Shown: positions 12,662-25,007, counted from the whole stretch's first letter. The stretch: 63,392 nucleotides of DNA, filler included, from Olpidium bornovanus S191 (GCA_017911155.1; 31 parts of 31 records of this genome joined end to end with filler, not necessarily neighbours in it), one strand, 5' to 3'. Program-made: numbers and translations. Notes: generated from the letters alone by a model not told the origin.

Positions 12662-13147
12662 TTTAGAAACGAGGCGGGCGTACGCCGGGGCGTGTGGCGG
12701 TTATCAGACTTTAAACGGGAAGAAGAGCGCCTGTCCCGGGCGCGTTCGCGCAACCCGTCGGATGAGTTTTCGGAACAGACGAAACAGGCCGTCGCCGCGG
12801 TGCGCAACCAAAACCGGTACTACGCCATTATCCAGATCAAAGGGAAGTCTTTCCTGGTGACCGAGGGCGACACCGTGACTGTCCCGGGCCTGTACGAAGT
12901 CGCCGTGGGCGAAGTCATCGACATCAACCGAGTGCGCGAGATAGGGTCACGCGACTTCACGATATTCGGCAGAGACCATGTCTCGCCGGACTATTTCGAC
13001 ATCAAGGGCACCGTCATTGAGAAGCCCCGGGGCAAAGATGTCATCGTGTACAGGTACCTGAAGGGGAGCTTTAGAAAGGTCAAGGCGCAGCACCACAATT
13101 TCACTACTTTTCGAATCACCAAGCTGGATGTCAACAAGCTCAACTGA
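12662..13147 (+). CDS. MRPL49: Mitochondrial ribosomal protein bL21m (yeast Mrpl49-like), main exon
   Basis: AG acceptor at 12660-12661. YYAIIQIKGKSFLVTEGDTVTV...VGEVIDINRVREIGSRDFTIFG...KGTVIEK...FRITKL fits the bL21 family in its fungal mitochondrial form. The presequence exon was not located with certainty. Confidence 0.88.
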   Translation, partial: FRNEAGVRRGVWRLSDFKREEERLSRARSRNPSDEFSEQTKQAVAAVRNQNRYYAIIQIKGKSFLVTEGDTVTVPGLYEVAVGEVIDINRVREIGSRDFTIFGRDHVSPDYFDIKGTVIEKPRGKDVIVYRYLKGSFRKVKAQHHNFTTFRITKLDVNKLN

Positions 13148-13878
13148 GACTGCTGGTTTCGCGGTTTCTCTTCCGAAACTGATGCCGCGTAGAAATTGTA
13201 CATGCTATTTCGGGACGCAGCGACGCGCAAGAGTCCGTTGAAATGGCCTGTGTGTGGGCCTGGAAGAGAGGACCTGGGCAGGCGGTACAGTGGCTGTTTT
13301 CAAGGCCCGCGATCTGCGGATCAGTCGCCAGCGTCGAGCACTTGATGACGTGTACCTTATCCGATCGTCGACCGGCGACGGGGTTCTTTCACGTGAATAC
13401 CAGCGAACGTTGTCGACCTGCCTGCAGTCTTGTTGCCGGTTCGGAAGATGAAACCCCGGGCAGCAAAAAACAGGCCCGCATCCGCTTTGCGGACTGCCCC
13501 ATCCTTCGCGCCAGCTTGAGTCACCGCGATTCGACATTTTTGGGGGGGAGATTGGCGGGGTGAGGGGAAAGTGGGGCCTAGCGAATGCGTTTGGAATCGT
13601 CGGCGCGGCCGTCCGAATGTGCGGCGGACAGTCGAATTCCCAATCAACAGGGATGACCCGGAGTTTGTTCGAGAGGGTCAAAAGGATTCCTTTTGCCGCA
13701 GAAGGCGTGGCCCGTTTGGTTTTCGCAGCTGGCCCGCGAGGAGCATGCNNNNNNNNNNNNNNNNNNNNNNNNNNNNNNNNNNNNNNNNNNNNTTAATTAA
13801 TTAANNNNNNNNNNNNNNNNNNNNNNNNNNNNNNNNNNNNNNNNNNNNAGCCCCCCCACCCCCCCCCCCCCCCCCCCA

Positions 13879-13924
<46 letters not shown>

Positions 13925-13964
13925 CCCGAAGGGTTGCAGGCGGAGGGTTTTTTGTTTTTTGGCC

Positions 13965-14493
13965 ATGTCGACCAAGTTAGCCAAAAAGGCCTTCAATTCC
14001 TTCCTGGCGCCGCCGCGATCGAAGGCCGACCCCGGCGCCGGAGTAGTCAGCGGCGGCGGCGAGGACGGGCGCGAGAGCGCGGCCGCGAAAAAGAGGCGGA
14101 GGACTAGGGACCCTTCGCGAGTCGCCGCAGACGGCCTGCCCGCGGTGAGGAGCGGGCTCAAGAAGGCGAAGCTGGACAAAAAGTTCCAAGGGAGCAACCT
14201 CGCCGTCCGGGAGAGGAAGCGGACGCAGGCGCCCGCGCCTTCCGCGCTCGGTGAGTGGAACTTTTGATTTCCCCCCCCCCTTTCCTCCCTCCCTCCTCCC
14301 CCAAATCTCTCCCACCATTGCTAGGGACCGACCACCGCCCGTTTTATCTTTCTTGACGCCTCATTTTTCCGCCCCTTTTTTTGCAGAGGAAGTCAGGAGG
14401 GAGCAGAAAGAGTCGGAGCGGGTGTTTGCGAAGAACCTCGCGTATTTCAAGACCTCCTCCCGGGTCGAAACGCCGTCGGACAACAAGAAGAAG
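13965..14493 (+). CDS. AROS/RPS19BP1-like small basic protein, exons 1-2
   Basis: Exons 13965-14250 and 14387-14493 (GTGAGT...TTGCAG, phase 1). MSTKLAKKAFNSFL...APSALE|EVRREQKESERVFAKNLAYF resembles recalled AROS MSAALLRRGLELL...[24 protein letters not shown]. Confidence 0.5.
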
Positions 14494-17400
14494 GTATGGG
14501 GTGACGCGAGAGAATTGGGGATGGATGGGAGAGGAGGGGAGGCCGGGGCGCCTTCCCGCCAGGTTTCTGTCGTCGCTGCCCCGTCTTACTGTGGCCGTCT
14601 GCTGGACGCCAACCCCGGTTATCGCGTGTCATATTGGTCTCTCACACCGCGCCCTCTTACCATCAAAAACGTTCTAAAAGGTCCTTCGGGAGCTGGCGCC
14701 CCTACTTCCGACGGCCGAGCCGAGAACAGAACTTTTTAAAAGGAAGAGGGGCAAACGGAAAAGCGTCGTCGCTGACGGCTTTTTTTCGGACTCCGACTCC
14801 GAGGATTTCTGACCTCTTTTTCCCAACCGTGCCCTACCCGCCCGGACTGGGACAAGGTCAACCTGACCTGTGGAAACGGGGAGTGAACGCGCCGTTTTAC
14901 TAGCGGGTATCCTCGTTTGGGTGCTGGACTGCCAAATCAAAAGAAGTCGTCGCAATTGCGCAGCTTTGGAGAGGCGTGCCTCCAATCCTATCCCCGGATT
15001 GGACCGATGGAAAGTTTTGATATTTTTGAATGTCCAGCGAGGACGACGCAACTATTTTGCTCTGGCAGCCATCATGNNNNNNNNNNNNNNNNNNNNNNNN
15101 NNNNNNNNNNNNNNNNNNNNTTAATTAATTAANNNNNNNNNNNNNNNNNNNNNNNNNNNNNNNNNNNNNNNNNNNNCATGCCTCCGCCCTCCGATATCCT
15201 ACCTAGGGCACAACCAAACTGTGGGAAAAAGCATAAAAAAGCCAGACAGACAATCCCCTGAAAAAAACCCTCCTGGACACGCCAGGCAAAATGTCTCGGC
15301 CTTGCGGAAAGGTCACACCCCCGCCTTCCCGAACAATTCCGCACCATCTGGAACCCGAAGGCGCGTCATCAAACCAAGTCCCCCGTGCACATAACTCGCT
15401 TTCGCCTGATCTAGACGTTCCTTCTGTCTGCCTTTCCTGAACTTCCAAGAAAAAATCTCGGCGAGCAATTACGGAGGAAGAACGGGAGGCAGATACCGCA
15501 TGACGTTGACAGACGTGTCACGGCGCCCGCCTCCTCGGGAGTAAAAAAAAAAAATGTTTTTTTTTTTTTTGCTGCTCTTGCTGTTCTTTCGCGGTTTTAT
15601 TGCGGCCGGGGTGGCCGTGGTATATAGGAGGGTTTCGGCAGTGAGAGGTGTGCGCAGACTACAACCCTGGGCCCTAAGCGGGCGCCGTCCCGGCTCCGCC
15701 CGTCTGTCGCTGCTGCGTCGAGCCGGCGCCCGGCGGTAATTTCTGCTCCCGCCGGGAAGGGCGCCAAAAGCAAAAAACAGTCTTTCTCGAAAAGGGGCCG
15801 CGCTCGGGCGGGCCGTGGCCCCCCGGCTTCCCCCCCGCACCCTTCTCACCAAAGATAGGCAGGGGATCGCGACTGTCGCGCAGTAGCCCGCACTCGCCGG
15901 CGGACGGGGCCGAAAGTCCCCCACGCTCGCCCGCAGATCGAGCCGAGTCGCGTCAAGTCCGCCCGCGCGCGCGGTGGGGTGGGGGGGGTAGGGGGGAAGC
16001 AGGTCGACACACGTTGGGTTGTCGACTCTCGCGTCGAGGGCGCGCCCAGGGCGCGGCCGAGGTCCTCCCGTCGGCTGCTTGTCGTTCGCCGCCCCAAACG
16101 CGACGGAGAGCCCCGTCCTCGGGCGCTGTCGAAGCGGCTTTCCTTTGTCCGAGAAGGGAGGCGGGGGGGAAAGGGGCGAGCTCGGTCGCCGACGATGCCG
16201 GCGAAGCTCGCGGTGGCGCCGGCGAGAGGAACCCGGCGGAGAGAAAGCGCGAGCGGGCGGGCGGCGGCGCCGGCGTGCGAGGGAGGGGGGGGGGGGGGGG
16301 GGCGCGGGCCGCGGGGCGGGGGGGGGGGGGGGGGGGGGGAAAAAAAAACGGGGGGGGGGGGGGGGGAANNNNNNNNNNNNNNNNNNNNNNNNNNNNNNNN
16401 NNNNNNNNNNNNTTAATTAATTAANNNNNNNNNNNNNNNNNNNNNNNNNNNNNNNNNNNNNNNNNNNNCATGCGCTTCCTCGTGTTGCGAGCCAGATGGG
16501 GCATTGCAAGCAAAACGCCACCACAGCTCCGACTCTTGGCAGCGCTTCCGACACGGCGGAATCCACCAGAGGCGCTTCGCTTCGTGACACCGTTACACGG
16601 CACGCGTTCAGATGTGAATACGCAGACCTCATCCAGATAGCGAGTTCCTGACGTGTTACGTGTGCGTTCGGTCGCGCTAAGATCGCGATTAGATCGCAGG
16701 GGTTGCGCGCTCTCGTGAGCCCCCGTCGTTTCGGCGGAGATGCTCGTGCCGGTCAATCAAATGCTCTGGAAGTTCGGGAATGCACCGGCCACGCCAGAGA
16801 CGCCGCGGCGGTCACTCCCGGTGACACGTAAGTCTCGGAAAAAACGCACGGTGAAAATTTCCGGCGGTGCGCGAATGGGCAAATCCGCCAATCTCAACGG
16901 GGACGCCGACGGGGGATTGACCGCGTGTGCGCGGTCTCGCGAGGTTGCACGGCGACTCGGAAAATACGCGGGGGCTCCGGGGATGTGGGAAATGCATTCA
17001 TGGACGGTCGAACTTCTGCCGCCCACAAAAAACGTCGGGTTCTGCGCAGAGGGGTGGAAGCCCTGCCCGTCTTGGGGGAAACCCTTCGGCGGAAGGTGCG
17101 CTTGTAGCGCTGTTCTGCTTCTGGCCGCTCTTCGACGGGGCACGGGAACACGAGTGGGACGGGCATAAATGTCACACGATGTTCTCCCCGCCAATCGCTT
17201 TGCGGTTGCCAGGGCGACGGCGCCGAGCGGGGTCGTCGTCGGGGTACGGCCCGCCAGATAGTTTTACTTTCCGACACGCACCGCCGACCACCGACGGAAG
17301 TACCGCGCGGTTTGCTGTCATTTCGAGCCAGGTGATCGTAACGCAACGCCGGCACCGCTGCAACCGTTACCTGCCTCGGCCACTGGAACGAAGGCAAAGA

Positions 17401-17901
17401 TGAATCCGTCGGCGATCAGCCAGCTGCTGACACACTCGATGGCCCCGGTTGACCCGGTGGTCTCGTTCGCTACCGGGAGCAGAAAGCAGCGACATGNNNN
17501 NNNNNNNNNNNNNNNNNNNNNNNNNNNNNNNNNNNNNNNNTTAATTAATTAANNNNNNNNNNNNNNNNNNNNNNNNNNNNNNNNNNNNNNNNNNNNGTTT
17601 TTGACTTTAAAGCCTTTCATTGTCGTCATCCGCGGAAGAATCAGAGGAGACAATTTCGGGAGCAACGCGGCAAAACCTTGGCGCTGGGCGGTAGATTTGT
17701 CGAAAACGGAAACATGGACGTGGTTCAACGGGATTGTGCTGGCCAGAATGCTCTACCGCACACATTGCTCGGCCAGCGCATTCAACTCAAAAAGGCGTAC
17801 AAGCCGCTCCCGCATTATCATTACCGGCGCTCATGCTGTTTATTCTGAGCAGGATGGGGGGGGGGGGAAGAGTTGACGGCTCGGCGTCGCCGACGCGCGT
17901 G

Positions 17902-17911
17902 GTCACGTGAC
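17902..17911. promoter_or_regulatory. GTCACGTGAC palindrome (extended E-box)
   Basis: Exact 10-mer about 560 bp upstream of the chitin synthase ATG. Same 10-mer at 30438, 47894 and 53338. Confidence 0.55.
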
Positions 17912-18470
17912 GCGCTTGCAAGCTAAGCTGTCTGGGGATCAGGACAGACTTTTGTCCGCGGAAAAGGCAAAAAAAAAAAAAAAAAAAAAAACCTCTCACT
18001 CTCTCCTTATCTCACACCATCCTCCCCTCCGCCTCCTCCCCACCCTCCCCCCCCGCCGCATATCGGAGGGGAAATAAAACGGATCCGTCCGCGCGTAAAC
18101 CCTAGCCAACGGGCGCGCGCGCGACGTCATTCCGCCGCCGCCGTTGGGCGCCGCCTGCTCGGACGGTGCTCCCGAAGCAGGCCGGGCCCTCCCGCGCATT
18201 CTCGCACGCGGGGGTCCGGGCCTTGTACGGCTGCTTCGGCCTGCTGCACACCTCCACCCCGCCGGTTTTCGCCTCTGGAAACACGGAGAGAGGCGGACAG
18301 CGGTTTGGGGGAAGGGACAGGGAGAGAGGAAGGGGAGAGAGAGAATTGAAAAAGAGAGAGAGAGAGAGCGAGAGAGAGAGAGAGAGAGAGAGACGGCGAG
18401 ACATTGAGTCTAAGAAGCCGGGTAGGAGAAAGGCGGCAGCGACAGAGGGGCAACCGCTAGTCCTCTTCAA

Positions 18471-19552
18471 ATGGACGGGAAGGAGGTGCGTGGCGCCCGG
18501 GACAGTCGAAGAGAGCGGGCGGGCGGGCGGGCGGGCGGGAGGGACCTGAAGAAGAAGCGGCGTTGCAGCAGCGGGCGGAGACGTGGGACGTCCGTGGCCA
18601 CGCCACACGCTCACGCCAAATCGGCAACAAAACGCCGCCCCCTTCCCCACCTTCCGCCCGCAGTACGTATTTCCGGGCGGGCAGGATGCCGGCCAAGGAA
18701 GGGACCGTCAAAGGACTTCCCGGGTACTAGACGTCGAGTTGGACGACGTGTCCAGTAAGGAACTACCGCGGACCCCGCAGCCTGCCGCCGCGGCGCCTCA
18801 ACCGCCGAGCCATGGCCGAGGTGTGACCCTGCTGGATTACGGGGTGGTGCGAAGGCCGGGCGCCGAGTCGGTTGGCCGGCCGACCAGCCACAGTTCGCTT
18901 CGTCCGGGTTCCGGACATGTGCTCTCGCCGTCGTCGTCAATCTCGCGCAAGAAGAGCTTGGTAAAACCGGAACGCCAACGAATAGACCCCAGTCCCCCGC
19001 GCTACCACACCCTCACCCGCGAGCGGTCGATGCGCGAAGCGGCCCGAAACGACGGGGCTCTTACGTCGCCGGCGCGGTTGCGGATGGTCGGCTACGAATC
19101 GGACGCCTTCGTGGCCGCCGCCGGAGACGTAGTTGTAGAGCGTGATGACCGCCGGACACCCTATTCCACCCCATCTTCGCACACAATGCATCACCGACAT
19201 CCCCACGGTGGCGACGCTGGTTTTTCGCGGGGAGCCAGCGGCGAAAAGCGCAGCGCACAGGGCGAGACCAGCGACGCTCACGTTGCTGGCAAGTCCAAAA
19301 GGAGGTGTCCCAGCTGGTGGGTCCTCACCAGCAGGGTGCTGACCTGGTACATACCGAATTCTGTACTAAGCTGCTTCGGTAAGGAGATTTTTTTGGCTCC
19401 ATAGCTCGAGGTCGGGCCTTGTTTCTCCTCACATGCGTTTCTGTGATCGCTGTTCTCGATCGTTAAACTTGTACTGTTGTTCCGCGTAGGGATGCGCGAT
19501 CCCGCCATCCGACAAGCTTGGCGAGAAAAGATGGCCCTTGTGACTATAATCA
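18471..19552 (+). CDS. CHS3: Class IV chitin synthase (yeast Chs3-like), N-terminal part, 3 exons
   Basis: Exons 18471-18485 (MDGKE), 18664-19378 and 19490-19552. SRKKSLVKPERQRID and WVLTSRVLTWYIPNSVLSCFG|MRDPAIRQAWREKMALVTII match the class IV motifs RSLIRPERxR and AWREK. Confidence 0.9.
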
Positions 19553-20032
19553 NNNNNNNNNNNNNNNNNNNNNNNNNNNNNNNNNNNNNNNNNNNNTTAA
19601 TTAATTAANNNNNNNNNNNNNNNNNNNNNNNNNNNNNNNNNNNNNNNNNNNNAGGGGGGTGGAGGCGGTGCTGGTTCGGGTCGGCAGGAGCGGCCGGGGG
19701 GATCTTTTGGCGCGGTCGGTGTTCTGCCGTGTAAGGGGAGCGCGAGCGGGGGGGGGGGGGGGTTTTTTGGGCCCAAAAAAAAAAAAAAAAAAAAAAAAAA
19801 AAGGAAAACCAAGACGTTTGTGCGGATGTGAGGTGTTGTTTGCGGGGAGAAAGGGAAAAAATATGCTGGAACTGGGGAAAGAGTGGGATGTGGAGGGGGT
19901 TGGGTGGGAGCGGCGGGCGGCGGTATACGTTGCGGGCGGCGGCACTGTTTGCCGGAGCGAGCAGGAGGGGGCGGTGGAGAGGGTAAGAGAGAGAGAGAGA
20001 GAGTATCAGGGGGTAAACTATCCTTCGCCCGG

Positions 20033-21071
20033 TCAGCCGCTGCGAAATTCCAGGAGGGAACCGAGCGTCGAGCACGCCTTGGGGTGGGCGGCGCCCTGGT
20101 TCGGGTGCAGCGCCGCGAATTGCTTGGCCACCGTCTCGGCCACGTCCCGTTCGATGTCCTCGACCAGCTTCACCTGGGGCAGGAGGCCGTTCTCGTCGTA
20201 CGTTTCCGAGATGCGGCCTTCGAGGAAAAACCTGACGGGGAAAAGGTGGGGGGAGGAGGGGGGGGGAGGTGGAGGAAGGGAAAGGAGAAGAGGGAACTGG
20301 TCTTATTTTTTCCAGATAGTCAAGAACGGATCTCGGCCCTCGCCCTCTCAGGTTGGATTTCGAGACGCCCCGGACACCCGCTTTCCTCCCCCCCCCCTCT
20401 CCTCTTTCCCTCCGCCGGCCTCGTTCCGCCGAATTTTATTATTATTTTTTTCTTATTTTGTTTTATTTTGCCGCACATTTGCATCTCGCCCGCTCCTTTT
20501 ACTTTGCACGACCCGCGCGGGGTGAAGCGGTACTTGTCTTTCAGCGCCTCGTAGGTGCTCGCCGACACGTTGATCTTCCCGGGCTCTGACCCCGCCTGCA
20601 TCCTCTGCGCGATGTTGACCGTGTTCTGCGCGAGATCGTTGCCCGGGAAAAGAGAGATATAAAAAACGGGGGCGGGGAGAGGGGGTGGGGGATGGTTGAG
20701 AAGAGAAGCAAAAATCAATCAGTTTTTCCGGCCGAAAGAAAAGAAACGCTTTCTTAATTATTATTCCGGCCGCGCGGAATACGGGGAACGACTCCGAAAA
20801 AGGAACGACATAAAAAAAAGACCGGGGGGCGGCGGGCGGGGGGGGGGGGGGGGGGGGGGAGGGGGGGGGGGGGGGGGGGGGGGGGGCGGGGGGGGGGGGG
20901 GGGGGGGCGTGGACAGGGCGAGAGGGGGTGGGGAGGCGCCGTCAACATTATCTCTCTCTCGCTCCCTCTCACCCCCCACACGTCGTACGAAAATTTGGTC
21001 AGCCCGATGACTCCCGCGACCAGCGGGCCCGAGTTTATTCCGACCCGGATTTCCAACGACGTGTTAAGTTT
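20033..21071 (-). CDS. Class III nucleotide cyclase, adenylyl-specific, C-terminal catalytic half, last 3 exons
   Basis: Exons 21071-20973, 20625-20477 and 20231-20033: [28 protein letters not shown]|[28 protein letters not shown]...VKGAGEMQM|FFLEG. Asp in YDVWG indicates ATP specificity. The N-x3-R catalytic pair is present. Confidence 0.92.
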
Positions 21072-21660
21072 CTGGAGGGGAGGTGATGGGAAGGGGGGAA
21101 AGGGGCGGGGTTGAGTTGAACGCAAGAAAATTTTTCCGCGGGCGAGCCGTCCCTCTGGTTGGGCGTGGCATCGCTCTCCTCATGCCGATTGGCGTCGTCC
21201 TTTTCGGGAAGCGATTTGTAAAAAAAAAATTCCAAAAAGAAAAAATATCACNNNNNNNNNNNNNNNNNNNNNNNNNNNNNNNNNNNNNNNNNNNNTTAAT
21301 TAATTAANNNNNNNNNNNNNNNNNNNNNNNNNNNNNNNNNNNNNNNNNNNNAGTTACATGAATGCATTTAGGCAGTGTACTCGGCGAAAATCTTCCCCAT
21401 GTTCTGCAAATCGGGGAGCGAAAAAAGGCACCGTAACTGGAGAAAAGCGTCTTTCGGTGAGCAGGAAACGATCGCCGTAGGCAGCTCGATGTCAGGTTCG
21501 CCGAGCCGGTCTGACGCGGGTCACAATGCGGAAAGGATGGGGGGCCGGGGGCGGGTGACCGCGAGTCAGCTATTTTCGTCGGCCGCAGCGTCCTCCAAGA
21601 AATAAAGGAAAAAAAAAGGTTCTCCAAACTTGCGCTCCGCAAAACCTGCGGCGGACCTAC

Positions 21661-22637
21661 CGCGAATGCCATAAACTACAGAGCCGGCGTCGCGGCCGGC
21701 CAAGGCCAGTACGGTCCAGCCGCCGCCTCTCCCGTCCATGAGCTGCTGCGAGGCCCGGTGCGCGCGCCTGGTCCCGGTTTCGTACGGGTTCAGGTACTGG
21801 GCCTGCCGCAGAGAGAACTTGCGCACCGTGCGGGCCGCGCACACTTTGATTGGATTCTTGTCGCCTTGGACGTGAAGCAGCTCGAGAAATCTCGAGAGCA
21901 TGTACGGGCGGACGGCAGCGAGTACGCGCTGCGGGTTTCGAGAAATGTTTGTTCTTGGTTCGTCAGCTCGAACGTCAAAAACCGGGGGGGCCTGGCGCGA
22001 GATTTCCCGGGGAAGATCGCAGACAAAAAAAAAAACGGGGCCGCCGCCTTACACGCACCTGTTGGCCGTCTACGTCCAAAGGATATTTGTGAGTAAGGGG
22101 CGGGACCTTCATGACAATATTGCGGTCGTACGCTTCCACTTCGGCCGCAGTTTGGCACTTGCACGGCATCACTTGGCACTGAATGCTGTCCGCCCCGTAT
22201 TTTTTTGCAAATCCGGCGAGGGTATTCTGGACCCTTACGTGCAGCGGGGCCTTTTCGATCTTGCTCGCGACTGACGGCTGGAGCTGATTTTTTTTGTTGG
22301 CCAAGCGGTGCAGCGGGTGGGGTAAACCGGATGGACATTCAGAATGTTGGACGGATTTCCGCCGGACAATTTCCCCAAACTCACCGGCAGCGGCGGGAAA
22401 AACAAAACAAAAAAAAAAAACCAAGGGAACCCGGCGCCCTCTCCTTCTCCCTCACCTTGCCAAGGTCCGGCTCGGCCTCCACTTCCAAATAAAGAACTTT
22501 CTTGGCTCTGCGGCTCTTCGCAAGTCCTTTGACGCGGACGTGGTTGGCGGCGACGCCGCCGCCGCCGCTGCTGCGGGCGACGTAAGAGGGCGGCGCTGCG
22601 GCGTCGCCGGCGGCGCCGGCGCTCTTGAGCGTGCGAG

Positions 22638-22680
<43 letters not shown>

Positions 22681-22877
22681 GCCGTGGTGGCCGTGGTGGC
22701 CGTGGTGGCCGTGGTGGCCGTGGTGGTGGTGGTTGTGGTGGTGTTGGTTGAGGATCATGTGAGAGTTGCCGCCGCCGGCGCCCTTGGTCGCCTGGTGAGA
22801 GGCGTGCGCCAGCTTCCGCTGCTGCGAGTGCTGCTGCGGGTGCTGCTGCTGCTGGTGGTGATGGTGGTGGTGTTGGA

Positions 22878-22912
<35 letters not shown>

Positions 22913-22989
22913 GAGGGGGCGGGCCCCTTGCGGAGGTCGGCCGGAGCTGTCGGGGGGCACACGTCAAGCATGCTGCCGGGGGCGGAGGG
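21661..22989 (-). CDS. Unidentified multi-exon protein with poly-Q/His-Gly N-terminal region
   Basis: Three frame-consistent GT-AG exons: 22989-22456, 22283-22059 and 21928-21661. Low-complexity QQQQ/HHHH/(HHG)n region, then ordered-looking sequence (KKVLYLEVEAEPDLGK; RQAQYLNPYETGTRRAHRASQQL; GGWTVLALAG). Family not recognised. Confidence 0.65.
22641..22908. repeat. Coding (CTG)n/(GTG)n and (GGCCGTGGT)n repeats
   Basis: CAG-type runs on the minus strand encode poly-Q. A 9-bp unit encodes His-His-Gly. Confidence 0.9.
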
Positions 22990-23356
22990 NNNNNNNNNNN
23001 NNNNNNNNNNNNNNNNNNNNNNNNNNNNNNNNNTTAATTAATTAANNNNNNNNNNNNNNNNNNNNNNNNNNNNNNNNNNNNNNNNNNNNGGATTTTTGAC
23101 GTATGCCTGGTCCACCGGGGCCGCCGCGGCCGCCGCGGTGCACGGGGCGTTTCCTGCGAGGTTCGTTGAGTTGGCTCTGGAAACCTCGGCCCCCGAATTC
23201 CTCGCATGCTCTTGCGCCAGCCTCCCCGGCCAGCAAGGACTTAAGTACAGGCCAATAAATTATCCAAGGGCACGAGTTACCCAAGGGCAGTAGAGAGGGC
23301 ACCACGATGTAGTTCTATTCGGTCTAACAGTCCTGATGGACGGGCGGGAGCTTCTT

Positions 23357-23394
23357 TGTGCGTGTGCGTGTGCGTGTGCGTGTGCGTGTGCGTG
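23357..23394. repeat. (TGTGCG)n hexanucleotide microsatellite
   Basis: About six tandem copies upstream of the Rho-GDI gene. Confidence 0.9.
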
Positions 23395-23984
23395 TATGTC
23401 ACTGTGAGTGTGTGTGTGTGAATGAATGTGCGAGTGTGTGTGGTTTACGTGCGCGCGTGCGTTTTGTTGGGAGGGGCGGAAAAGCTTTTTCCTAAGAAAT
23501 ATTGCCGGGTCGGCTTTGTCACCAGGGCACAAGAGAAAAAAAAAATTTTTTTCTTTCTCCTGCCGCTCTGGAAAGGACCCCTCCGGCCTCCCCTACGCCC
23601 CCCCGCCCCCGCCCCCGCCCCGCCCCCCCGCGGTGAACAGGGACTGGTCGTGCCCTTCCCCCGCAACGTGTACATTGTTGCCCGCCTTTCCGCCCTCTGC
23701 TCTGCGCATCCAGAATTCTCAGAAGAGGCCCTCCTCTCTGACCGGACACCGACCCGCGCGGTTTGCCGCGCTAGTGAGAGCGCAAGCGACGTGTATCTCG
23801 CGTTTGGGCGTCGGGGAACGAAAGCACACAGACACACACACCCCCCTTTACCTCTCACACACACCTCCCCCTTCCCCTCCCCCGTCCGCGTAAGGGGGGA
23901 GGATTGCCGCGGATTTTCCCCGCAACTTGTCCACCTGATTCCTTGAGATCTCGGAGACGCGTTGCGCTTGGGAAGGCGTGAGCC

Positions 23985-25007
23985 ATGTCCCAACCGAACC
24001 TCGCGTCCGGCGCGTTCCAGTCGTCTGACGACCTCGAGACCGCCGATGCCGCCGGGTACAGGCCGGGGCAAAAGAAAACCGTGGACGAGCTGAAGGACCT
24101 CGACAAAAATGACGAGTCCTTGAACAAGTGGAAGGAATCCCTTGGCTTGGGAAAGGCGGTCGGTCCCGCTGACGATCCTCGCCGGGTAAGGAAAAGAATC
24201 TTGGTCGTATTTTTTGCTTGCTACCGCGACCCCCACGCCTCCACCCCCTTCCCCTCTTTCCCAACCTCCCCTCCCCTTCCGCATCCCCCAAGGGGACCCT
24301 GGAGGGATACTTTACGGTATAGCCGACCAGCGGCGTTAGCCATCGTTCCAGCACCCATATTTCCTCTTTTTGCTGCGTTTGGGGGACCCTGGAGGGATAC
24401 TTTACGGTATAGCCGACCAGCGGCGTTAGCCATCGTTCCAGCACCCATATTTCCTCTTTTGCTGCGTTTTTTCGGTTGCTTTTTGTTGAGAACCGCTTTA
24501 TCTGGCCTCTTCGGTGATACGGAGGCGCACGCTGATTAAAATCATACGCTGTTCTAGGTCGTGGTGCTTTGGCTGGCGCTCGAGGTCGAAGGCCGACCGG
24601 ACGTTAAAGTCGACCTGTCAACCCCGGGTAGGTTGGTTTACAAAAGCATTTTTTAACGAAAGCGCTACGCTTTTGCGGGGGCATATACGTTGCGAGCCGG
24701 TTGATCTCAGATCGCTTGGTTTCACGGCGGCGAACCTGGTCTTTTTCGATAGAGGCTGTGGAAAAAGCCAAAAGTCAGACCATTACGATCAAGGAAGGCG
24801 TTGAATACCGTGAGTCTTCCCAGCCCTCCGTATGACATTGGGCCGCCGGAAACTCGTCTGGGGTGCTTATCCCGCTCCACGTTTTCTCGCTCCAAATAGG
24901 CTTGAAGGTGTGCTTCAAGTAAGTAAGCCCGCCCTCCTGCGTTGCGTTGTAGTTTCCTGGCGCGCGCTTCGAAACTTACCGCGCGTTTTGGTTAGAGTTC
25001 AACATGA
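23985..25007 (+). CDS. RDI1: Rho GDP-dissociation inhibitor, 5 exons, 3' truncated
   Basis: Exons 23985-24185, 24558-24627, 24753-24809, 24900-24918 (19 nt) and 24996-end. GYRPGQKKTVDELKDLDKNDESLNKWKESLG, DDPRRVVV, TIKEGVEYRLKVCFKVQH. Confidence 0.96.
24292..24469 (+). repeat. Near-perfect 90-bp tandem duplication inside RDI1 intron 1
   Basis: Copies start at 24292 and 24382 and differ by one T in a T-run. Confidence 0.95.
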
